Origin: Octopus sinensis
Lineage: Eukaryota
Assembly: GCF_006345805.1 (NCBI RefSeq)
Contig: NC_043003.1
Coordinates: forward strand, 75,888,001-75,952,000
Direction of reading: 5' to 3'
DNA: 64,000 bases
The notes beneath the pieces were generated by a model that saw only the letters and a list, made by a program, of their open reading frames with translations, did not search any database and was not told the DNA's origin. Shown here piece by piece: positions 51,633 through 62,635 of the stretch. The translations under genes and the position numbers were made by a program. Position 1 is the first letter of the stretch, and every line of letters begins with the position of its first letter.

Positions 51633-52042
51633 TGTCCGTAGATTATCAGTGTGACCCTCTTTGCAAATATAATTTGCGGAACTATACACGGGACGTCCGA
51701 ATGAGATTGAACATGTATACAGTTCTACCAATTACACTTGCGGTTATCTTTCAAAAGTTTTTGCTTTAGCGCGCTAAAATACCGGAAATAATTCTGCAGA
51801 AAATAAATTGCACAGTTAATTTTGCCGGTTTCTATCTATTGCGAGAATGTGGTTGCGTGTTTTTTAAAAATATTTTTTAATATTTTTCATGCCTATTAGA
51901 GTAACTTCCCTTTTATTCGACAGTTGTTTTATAGGGTCTATATTGAAAAATAGCCGATGAAAATACCCCGAATATTTTAGGTTCGCATCTGAAACATAGA
52001 GTTCTATTATGACAGCTTACTGATTGCACTATACTATACTAT

Positions 52043-52086
<44 letters not shown>

Positions 52087-52095
52087 ATATATATA

Positions 52096-52131
<36 letters not shown>

Positions 52132-53552
52132 TGTGTGTGTGTGTGTATGTATAAATTCCTCTATTTTCATATCAAGGTCTCGTGCTTTTGTTGTGGTTTT
52201 ATTATTATTAATATACATACATACATGCAGGCATGCATACATATAAGAGGGATGACCACTACATGGACATCCATTATACTAGAGTTTCAATATTCTTCTC
52301 ACTTGTATCAATCCGCGAAGCTAGATATAATATATCGTCGTGTTTTTCCAGCTTGTATTCATTCATTTTTAGTCGGTATTTGTAAGGAATATACTTCGTT
52401 ATGCCCTCTTTCGTTTGTAATCTCTTCTGTGGAGCGCAAGACCCAAATCGCAATAAAACCTACTCGCTTTGTTCCCTAATGTTGCATTACACCTATTAAG
52501 GCAATAGAAAGAAAAGTAGGTGCAATGTACGCAACAGGTCTCAGAGCAACACTTATCAAATATCACATATCGTTTACCATATATCAAATAGCAATCCTAT
52601 ACAAGAAATCGGCTCCTCTATTGTAATCTTCCAAGAGTTACTGCCTTCATATTGGAAAAATAGACTCAGATTATATGGATACTGCTTTCGTAACAAACAT
52701 GAAGTAGTAATCTAAATACTAATGTGAGGACCAACACACAAAAAGAGACCTAGCAGTCGCCATGTGTGGACGTTTATTGATAAATTGGTTGAAGACTGGT
52801 CTACAGAACAGCGACCTAACAAGAGCAATGTAGGAGAAGGAATTCTGGAGACGAATAGTTGATGATATTGATCTGTGAAATAACTAGTAGTAATCTGCTT
52901 AAAGTACACTACATGGATTCAAGCATTAACAAAGAGTATGTAAACTAAATATTTATAATCTCTGAAATCATGGTAAAGAAGCAAAGTTAATGTGCGTTTC
53001 ACTATTTACATCTACTCCAGACGAAGCCGTAAATATTTCCTACAGTTGGTGCTCTGACTATCATATCTGTACTAACATACATCTGCCTTCGTATGTAATC
53101 TGAAATAATTCAGATTTACACTTACAATCCAATTATAATCTGTCGTAACATCATCATATATTTCCAAAAAATTAATCATTTCAAATCTTCTTATCACATT
53201 TTTATTTTAACTTGAAACTATAAAAGCTGCATTAGCGACGTATACTTTTGTTTTAGGTAAATTAATGTAACCATTCCTAGAATCTAGTTTCAATTATCAA
53301 AGCCACATACATTCTTCAATAAATGAAAAAATATATACGAACCGCAACAAAACGAAGCTATATCACGAAATATATTTTTCCGTAGAATTTTTAACATACA
53401 TTCTGAAATTTTGTGTAATTGCTTACTAACATTTCTTCGCCTTACAACTATCAATATCAAATGATCTTTTTAGATGAATTTGGAAAACAAATCTTGCATT
53501 TATATTTTATATAAATATTTAAAAAAATAAGTACTAAACAGCTGTTTCATCT

Positions 53553-53639
<87 letters not shown>

Positions 53640-53765
53640 ATACTACTACTAATACTACTACTACTACTACCACTACTACCACTGCCACCGCCACTACTAC
53701 TACCACTAATGTTGCTACTGTTACTACTACAACTACGAAAAATAATAATAATAATAATAATAATG

Positions 53766-53843
<78 letters not shown>
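53553..53843. repeat. Compound (ACT)n-(AAT)n-(ATT)n trinucleotide microsatellite
   Basis: Directly visible; source of the poly-V/S/N pseudo-ORFs. Confidence 0.95.
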
Positions 53844-53844
<1 letters not shown>

Positions 53845-54179
53845 CTATATATTTATAAAAATCCTTTGTATCTCTGTTCACAATGCATTCTCAAGCGGCT
53901 CAACCAAATCAAATCAAATTTTTTACATGGTAATACTATGACCGTGAACTTCAACATGTAATGTTTGGATAAAAACAATATAACATTGGCACTGGTTCCG
54001 TATTATGTGTGAAAACTCAAAGAATAAAAGTGAAACAATAATAAGTATATTGTAATGTGATATAATGTTTCACTTTTATACCTTTACTTTTAATTCCAAC
54101 CACCACCACGATGACTTTTACCTCACATTTTGTATATGACTGTGTATCTGTTTTTGAATGTATGTGAGCGTATTAATGT

Positions 54180-54490
54180 GTATATGTCTCATAGTGTGTG
54201 TGCCTTCCATGTTAGGTACATTATTAAACATACTGTGTTTCAATTTTATACTTTTACTTTTAATTCTAACCTCAGTTATGATGTGTGTGTGTATATGTCT
54301 CACAGTGTGTGTGTCCTTCCGCGTTAGGTACGTTAATATAAACACTATCCGTAATTGAGGGCTAGTTAACTACAGTTTATATATTACTGTGCATTCTTCT
54401 ATGAATATACGTGTTCGTATATGTCTCACACTCTGTGGGTCTTTCAGCGTTTGGCACGTTATTAAACACACTAAATGTAAGTGAGGGCTG
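54180..54490. repeat. Degenerate ~110-125-bp tandem minisatellite, 3 copies
   Basis: ATGTCTCA.A..GTG....CTT....GTT.GG.AC.TTA.TA at ~54185, ~54295 and ~54421. Confidence 0.75.
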
Positions 54491-54637
54491 TCAGTGTCAA
54501 TACAAAGTTTTATTTTCATTTCGATTATATCAACATTTCGAAGAGATATTCTTTCTAATTACGGAGATGTACTTGCGTAGCATGTGACATCAACTGAAAT
54601 CGAGTGTTCCCAATACATACACACAGACACACACGCA

Positions 54638-54704
<67 letters not shown>

Positions 54705-54809
54705 ATATGGTGCATTGTGAACTTTTACACAACACGTGTCCTATACAAACTCAACAAACAATTGGAGATGCAGAAGAGGTATAAAAAGTTTTAATAAAAT
54801 TTTAATCCA

Positions 54810-54915
54810 TGCATACGATCGTTTCGAATGGCAACACAAACATGTAATAAACATGGAAAAAATTAAATTACAATTATAATTAAATTATTTCCATATTACC
54901 ATTCTCCTTGGTGAA
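54810..54915 (-). ncRNA. Type I hammerhead relic with long stem II
   Basis: Minus strand TTCA-CCAAGGA (CUGANGA decayed)-GAATGGTAA...TTGCCATTC-GAAA-CGATCG-T-A-TGCA; helix III is the perfect palindrome ACGATCGT. Confidence 0.5.
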
Positions 54916-55205
54916 AAAGAGGCATATATAAAATGAATGTATCAGAAGAATATTGTTACAGAAGATTATATGGACTCAGTGTCACATAACTCATCCAGAT
55001 ATTCATAATATGATTATGAAAGATGAAATATGAGAACATGCTTAGGTAGTGTTGAGTTTAGTTGTGTAAGAACTAAAACTGGTGTGGCTAACGGATATTT
55101 GAAATATAAGTGAAAAAGGTTTAAGAGATATCTCTATATGAAGATAAGTAATATAGTGAAATACATATCATCTAAAGCATTCAACATAAGGAGTAAATTA
55201 TAAGA

Positions 55206-55243
<38 letters not shown>

Positions 55244-55403
55244 CACACACAGACACCCACATACACACACACACACATATATATATAGATATATATATAT
55301 ATATATACATACATACACATATACACATATATAAAGATATACATATATATACATAAGCATGCACATAACAGATTTGTGTACATATATATATGCATACATA
55401 CAG

Positions 55404-55439
<36 letters not shown>

Positions 55440-56032
55440 GCGACTAATAGGACAGCATAACTATATTTAAATTTATATATGATCTGACAGTTATGATTGG
55501 TATACAATGAAACAAATGAAAATAAATTATGGTGTGTATTAAAAAAAATGTCTTTTTAAAAACATGGTACAATAAGAAGTATAAGTAATAGGATTTTACA
55601 TAAGTTACTTGAAATTCGAAAGACAGAAAAATTTGGTGGTTTAATATAACGGGGGTAAAAGATTTATTATTATTTAAATAGCATGATATTCGTTTGTATG
55701 AGATACGTTTAAGAGGAAGGACTAAAAAAGAAAGAATAGTTGTTACTGTTACATAATTGAGAGAGAAGAAATATTTGCTGTGGTTAGAATTATTTTGGGG
55801 AAGAAAATACGTACCGTGATAAAAGATTTTATATAAGAGCGTGAATAATATAACAATGGAGGGGAGAAATGCCAAGGTAACATCCTAAAATATTTTTTAA
55901 AAAAGTGTTTTCGAAGGAATGCTCGTAGTTGTATTTTAATGTTAATTATGTTACGTAAATATAGTAACTAGAAATCTAACTGGACCCATCCAAAGTTAAA
56001 AAGGGATGAAGCTGAACTCAAGCTTTTTCACC

Positions 56033-56067
<35 letters not shown>

Positions 56068-56086
56068 TACTATATATATATATATA

Positions 56087-56713
56087 TACTATTCTAAAGG
56101 CAATTGTAGATTTGGCCTCAGCGGCACAAACAACAATGGACGCTGTGCTTTTTCCCATCCGACCTTATGTCGTAGACTTGTTATGGGCACCTGTCCATAT
56201 GGTATAACAGGAAAAAAGTGCCCCCACCTCCACCCCAAATACTGTCCTAAATACAGAATCCATGGTTCTGATCCTAAATACGGATGCCCAAAAGGCAATG
56301 GATGCACCTTATTCCATCCTAAACTGTGCCAAACTTCTGTCTCACAAAGGATGTGCCTGAACCCAGAATGCAACCACCACCATCTGAAGGGCACAAAACG
56401 ATCACAGAATAAATATAAACAGGAACAGAGGAAATCTAGGACAACAACAAGAACAAAATACAACCAAGTTTCCCCTCCTAAAATCAAACAACGTAGACAG
56501 AACCATGAAAAAACACTAAATAACGCCAACATGAAATATGTATCCTCTGACCAAGTGGCAAACCAAACAAGTAACTCTTTGTTACTGACATACCTAGAAA
56601 ATATGAAGGCCGACCTAAGCCAGGAGATCCAGCGAGCTATCACCAACCATCTATGCAAATCACAAGGACCACTCACCCATTACCAACTTCCCTTACCTCG
56701 ACATTCCTGTTAA
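56087..56713 (+). pseudogene. LINE ORF1-like region with four tandem CCCH-type zinc fingers (first truncated)
   Basis: ..KGNCRFGLSGTNNNGRCAFSH / CRRLVMGTCPYGITGKKCPHLH / CPKYRIHGSDPKYGCPKGNGCTLFH / CQTSVSQRMCLNPECNHHH. The ATG at 56006 is upstream of the microsatellite and probably not genuine. Confidence 0.75.
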
Positions 56714-59653
56714 ATGTACGTGGCATCAACCCATCAATTATTGCCCAAAAATGGAAGATCCCATATATAGAGAGTTGGCTTGCCGAAATGGCACATTGCT
56801 TCCCTTACCGAGACTCACCTGAACAACACCCATATGGACGCATAGGTGAAAATAAAAGATTTCACCATTGTTCGTGCGGATCGCACAGACCGAAATAAGG
56901 GAGGGACAGCCATCTTTCTCCATGACTCCTTTTCACTTGATGCCAAGGACATATTTTCCAATGGCTACTGTGAATCGGTATCACTATACAACAAAGCCAA
57001 GGGCATACCATTGTTGATCTTTACAGGCCTCCCCAGGCACCTCTAAAATACTTTGAAGAGTGCCTTAGCAAAGTCAAGTCCTACCTTCGGAAGTACCACT
57101 CCGGAAACATACTAGTGATAGGTGATTTTAACCTCCCTCGTGTGAACTGGCCCAGAAATACTCTGAAGTTAGGCAAGTGCTCTACATCAGATAGAGCAGC
57201 AGCAGAACTGCTCTTTAATCTGATGGATGAGTATTTCCTGACTCAGCTAGTGCTTGAACCAACGAGACAGAATAAAACTATGTTGGATCTGGTATTGACC
57301 AATCACTCTAGCTACGTTCACAGTATTTCAGTCGAAAAAACTCTCCTCTCAGACCACGACATGGTACTCTACAATCTTAAATCCCGACATATAAAAACCA
57401 AACCAGCCAATCCCACTCCATGGCACCCATTTGACAACATAAACTTCCACAAAGCAGACTGGGGAACAATCAGAAAGGATCTGTCTTCCATCGACTGGTC
57501 TTTTACTCTCAATTCCTCTCATATTGAGACCGCGTGGCAGCACTTTGAAAACATTGTCACCTATACATGCTCTAAACACGCTCCCAAGAAATCTACTAAC
57601 ACAAACAGAAACCGGCTTCCTAAAAAGAAAAAAAAAACACTCATCAGGCGCATCAAAAGACTCAACAAAAAAATCAACCAATTAAAATATTCCCACAAAC
57701 AACATCCACATTCAACAACAATGAAAAGACTAGAGCTGGAAAAACTTCATCTGCAGACCAACATGAAAACCCCCATTGAAAATCAAAGAGCTGTGGAGGA
57801 ACAATGGGTAATCAAAAACATCAAACAGAACCCAAAAGTGTTATATTCTTATGCAAATAAGCATAGAACCACTGTCTCACCCATTGGGCCATTGATTGAT
57901 GATAACGACATTCCCCAACACGATGCTAAAGAAATGGCAGAAATACTGCAGAAACAATCCTGCTCTGTCTTTAGTGTCCCCACTGATATTGACGTAAGGG
58001 AAACGAACGAAGTTGACTCCCAACACAAAATCTCAGACATAACCTTCACTGCCACTGACATCGTAGCAGCAATAAATGAGGTCAAACATTACTCTGCTGT
58101 AGGCCCTGATAGATTTCCCGCTAGTCTCCTGAAGGAATGTAGATACCAACTTGCAGTCTATCTGACCAACCTCTGGAGAAATTCGTTAGACGCAGGTTAT
58201 ATACCGAAACAGTTTCTATCCCAGTCGGTCATCCCGGTTTTCAAACAGGGAAACATATCCCTCGCAGTGAACTATCGCCCAATCTCACTCACCTCCTACA
58301 TCATTAAAGTGTTTGAAAGAGTGTTAAGGTTAAGGATAGCTGACTTCCTGGAGACCCACAAACTCCTAAATGCAAATCAGCATGGCTTTCGCTGTGGCAG
58401 GGACTGTCTAACACAGCTCTTACACCACATTGAAGATGTACTCAAAGCCTTGGGAACAGGTTCGAACTCTGACGTCATATATCTTGACTTCAGTAAAGCG
58501 TTCGACAGGGTAGACCATAATATCCTACTCTCAAAATTGGCAAAATGTTGGAATCCGTGGAAAAGTTCTACACTGGATTAAGTATTTCCTGGCGAATAGA
58601 ACACAACATGTTGTAGTTGATGGAGTCCACTCAAACCCAGCAAAAGTCACCAGCGGTGTTCCCCAGGGAACTGTTTTGGGTCCGCTACTCTTCATAATTT
58701 ACATAAACGACCTTTCCAGTGTCGTACATTACTGCAAAGTGAAAATATTTGCTGATGACACTAAGCTCCAGCAAATCGTCAATGAAGAAGCAGACCGAAA
58801 TCAACTCCAGTCTGATCTATATGCTGTGAGTCAATGGGCAGACAGAAACAAAATACAACTGAATGAGGGAAAATTTGAGCTGATGCATTTTGGAAGAAAT
58901 TCCTCACTAAAACAGCCATACTCTCTTCCTTCAGGGGAACCGCTCACAGCCTCTAACAATATCAGAGACCTGGGTGTAATTGTTGATGACGATCTCAGTT
59001 GGAGTGCACACATCAACAAGAAGGTCGATATAGCTCGTAGGATGAGTTCCTGGATCTTAAGAACTTTCCGGTCCAGAGAACAAGGTGTCATCATACCACT
59101 TTTTTCCTCCTTTGTACGGCCACACCTTGAATACTGCTGCCCACTGTGATCTCCTCACACAAGACAAAACATCTCCAGAATTGAGTCACCCCAGAGGGCA
59201 CTCACTAAACGAATTGAAGGCATGGCTGCTCTCGATTATTGGGATCGCCTTAAAGCCTTGAAACTTTACTCCCTCCAGCGTCGCCGTGAGCGGTACATCA
59301 TTTGTACGATGTGGAAAATATACCACCAACTTTGCCCAAACGACCTAAACATTAGCTTCAAGGTTCATCCAAGACTTGGACCACGGGCTATACGTCCACT
59401 GCCCAATTCAAGATCACATCATACATGTACACTGCAACACAATTTCTTTTCCTCAACAGGCCCTGCCCTATTTAACATTGTCCCGAGGGAGATCAAAGAG
59501 GAAAAGGATCCCATCGACTTTAAACAGAGTCTGGATAGATTCCTTCAAAGAATACCAGATAAGCCACCCATAATTGGATACAACTCACCCAACAAGAACT
59601 CACTACTTGAACAAAACTGGATACAACTCACCCAACAAGAACTCACTACTTGA
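56700..59653 (+). pseudogene. LINE ORF2 (APE endonuclease plus reverse transcriptase), several frameshifts and stops
   Basis: LLNVRG, FLTETHL, RADRTDRNKGG.AIF, GDFNLP, LDLVLTN, SDH (APE); NYRPISLTS, QHGFR, YLDFSKAFDRVDH, SGVPQGTVLGPLLFIIYINDL, FADDTKL (RT); RDLGVIVD, FVRPHLEYCC, RRERY. Breaks near 56780, 57045, 58545 and 59147. Confidence 0.93.
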
Positions 59654-59733
59654 ACAAAACTGGATACAACTCACCCAACAAGGACTCACTACTTGAACAA
59701 AACTTGACTTAAACAAAACTTGACTTAAACAGG
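59576..59733 (+). repeat. 3 x 43-bp plus ~2 x 16-bp tandem repeats at the LINE ORF2 end
   Basis: GGATACAACTCACCCAACAAGAACTCACTACTTGAACAAAACT x3 (59576-59704), then TGACTTAAACAAAACT and a partial copy. Confidence 0.93.
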
Positions 59734-59933
59734 ATTCGAACAATCCTATCAGGTGGTGCTATTAAGTTAGACATGGCCTGGACCAATCTTTGGTCGAAAC
59801 ATATCTAAGTTTTATCTTAGTTTTATATATACATATATGTATACAACCTTCGACAGAGTAACAGAAGTAAATACTTTCACATTAAATTCTTTCACTTGTA
59901 ATAGTTTCACACTTTATTCTTTCAGTATGTGTA

Positions 59934-60011
<78 letters not shown>

Positions 60012-60184
60012 TATATATATAATATATATATATATATATACATACATATACATATATTTATGCATGTATATATGTGTGTGTATATATATATATTTATATA
60101 TCTATATATGTGTTTGTATACATGTATATATATATGTATGTATATGAATGTATATATTAATATATGTATATGTATATATATGTA

Positions 60185-60231
<47 letters not shown>

Positions 60232-60689
60232 TAAGCAATAAGGGTTTAGCAACGAGTTGCCTTACCACATACCGAATTTAGAAATAGCAGTCAAAGGGTT
60301 ATAGCTATTTCTTCTACTAAAAAGGGAGATCTCAGTAAAAACAGCATTTGGAAGGCAGACACATAAACAGAAAGATATATCATATACTAAGAAAAGATAT
60401 AAAAATATATTGAGAGAAAGAGAGGTGCAGGGAAATTTGGAGAAAATATTATCCCAACATAAGATAGGTAATGTAATTATTGGTGGGGAGAATTAAATAA
60501 AAAAATATATATTAATATAGAATAATTTAAAATGATGTGCAGAGGATGTGATGATTAATAATCTAATTCTATAGAAAGGGTTAATATATAGAGATATTTT
60601 AAAGAAAATAGAGTTATCAGAAAAAAGAGAATATTATGAAAAAATTAAAGTGGGTGGGAATATTATTTAAGATTAACAAAAAAAGAATT

Positions 60690-61250
60690 GCTCATGTTTT
60701 TTCATGAAAAATCTCTTTCATCTCTAGTCTTAACCAGATGTCCATTCATTCTCTTTATATTGTAGCATTTTTCGAAACGTAACCAACAAATCTTTTATTA
60801 TATCTCTAAGAAGGGGCGACAGATAAGATTTTCCAAGATATTGAATAATCGATATTGTTTCTTTTGAGTTGCCAAATTTTTTTTTGATAGACCTGTACTA
60901 TTCTCTTCTCTAGGGTCATTAAAGGATGACCTTTGATTATTCATTCGTGATTTTATAAAATTTTTCGTGCAACCAATTTATATGTATTTAGAAGAGTTAT
61001 GAGTAATAATTGTTGCTTGGTATACTACTTATTTCATTTTACAATTTATATCTACTTTACAAGTATTTGGGTCTCTGCAATTACAATGTAAATTATTGGG
61101 TGAATCTATGCTCTTATGTCTATATTTATTAGGGATAATGGTGTTTTGGTTATTATCATAATAGTAGTCGTGAGTTACAGAATTATTGGAGTTTATAGGT
61201 ATATTGGATGAAGCTTTTTTTATTATCATTGGTCGGTATAGTGGATGACG

Positions 61251-61321
<71 letters not shown>

Positions 61322-61560
61322 TGTTGAAAGAAGGGATTATACTAAAATTGTTTCGAGAGAATGAAAATCGAAATCTAATTTTTTTATTATTAAATATTTT
61401 TACGGATTTGGAATTTTTAAAGTTTTTTATTAATTATATTTCAAAAGGATCAAATAAAATCAGATTTTAGATGTTTGGTAAAACGTATTATGATCCAAGT
61501 AGTATTATTGTTGTTTCCTTTATTAGAGTGATGGGTTATTTTTTGTGGGTCATCCATTCT
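60690..61560 (-). mobile_element. Penelope-like element relic, GIY-YIG endonuclease region
   Basis: Minus strand across stops: CNCRDPNTC...C....VVYQATI......YIGCT..FIKSR.NN..SSF.......TGLSKKIWQLK....YSISWKIL, the PLE C-terminal signature. Interrupted by (ATT)n at ~61255-61320. Confidence 0.8.
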
Positions 61561-61692
61561 TACACATGGTATTGATTTTTTTTCTATGTTATTTCTATTC
61601 CTACATATCTTGCATCTATTTTCTTTCCTCCATCTCACTCTCTATTTTGTATCACATCTAAACTAACTATAACTGGACAATCCTCTCACACC

Positions 61693-61744
61693 GTCTCCGA
61701 TGAAGGGATATAATTAATAAATATCCTGGAAACAGCTGTAAGAC
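61693..61744 (+). ncRNA. Type I hammerhead relic next to the Penelope fragment
   Basis: GTCT-CCGATGA (U4>C)-AGGGATAT aattaataa ATATCCTG-GAAA-CAGCTG-T-A-AGAC: 4-bp stem I, 7-bp stem II, palindromic ACAGCTGT, GUA site. Confidence 0.6.
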
Positions 61745-61950
61745 CTTCTATATATAAATGTCCTCATATCTACGCACCATTGGTTTTTTATATAAATTAC
61801 ACATAAAATTCTTATATACACACGCAGACATAGAACCAACTTTGAAGCCCTTTTTTGCAAAATTTCCGAATCTGGAACTTAAATATGGTCTGTCTATAGC
61901 ACTTATTCAGCGTTACCTGACACCTTTGGGTCTCAATTACACCATTATCT

Positions 61951-62045
<95 letters not shown>

Positions 62046-62237
62046 AATAATTTAGAACAAACAGTAAATTGTCATTAGAGCATTCGGAGTTTCGAATGTC
62101 GGAGCGAAGAGTTACAATGCATATATATATATATAAACACACGCACACATTTATGTATACACATGCACACACAAACACACACACACACGCACACACACAC
62201 ATACACACACGTATATATTTATATGTATGTATGTTTG

Positions 62238-62281
<44 letters not shown>

Positions 62282-62532
62282 TTATATGTTTGTTAATGTA
62301 TAGCTACTGACGTTATCTTGTATAAATATACCTACTTCTGTATAAATACTTTGCCTCAGTTTATATATGAGACATAGCAGATAAACGCACGCACACAAGC
62401 ACACACATATGAATAGACACACACCCTCATGCACACTTATATAGAAATATATATGTAGACTGACAGAAAGACAAACGGACGGGCAGAGAGACAGACAGAC
62501 AGACACACATACAGATAGACAGACAGACAGAC

Positions 62533-62635
<103 letters not shown>

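Larger units (their letters stand above)
50761..51830 (-). mobile_element. Non-coding tandem ~554-bp units, each carrying a hammerhead ribozyme (retrozyme-like or Penelope pseudo-LTR-like)
   Basis: Two diverged head-to-tail copies start TTAAAATAATAAG.GTGAAAA at 50761 and ~51312. No ORF. Abuts (TA)n at 50690-50760. A short third fragment lies at ~52239-52283. Confidence 0.75.
56087..59815 (+). mobile_element. Near-complete CR1/L2-group LINE, 5'-truncated in ORF1 and inserted in (TA)n
   Basis: ORF1 remnant followed by APE endonuclease, RT and C-terminal domains, then a 3' UTR ending TATCTAAGTTTT-ATCTTAGTTTT next to TA repeats. Confidence 0.93.

Noticed and set aside
53500-53881. Poly-V/poly-S/poly-N ORFs
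   Set aside because: Derived from (ACT)n/(AAT)n/(ATT)n repeats.
56089-56676. 195-aa minus-strand ORF, and the antisense ORFs at 57349, 57849 and 58831
   Set aside because: Antisense shadows of the LINE coding strand.
60255-60335. 9-bp hairpin AGAAATAGC/GCTATTTCT downstream of the Penelope ORF, a possible hammerhead
   Set aside because: Both core motifs are degenerate (TAGTAGA, TAAA) and no stem I pairing is visible. The position fits, but the sequence alone does not support a call.
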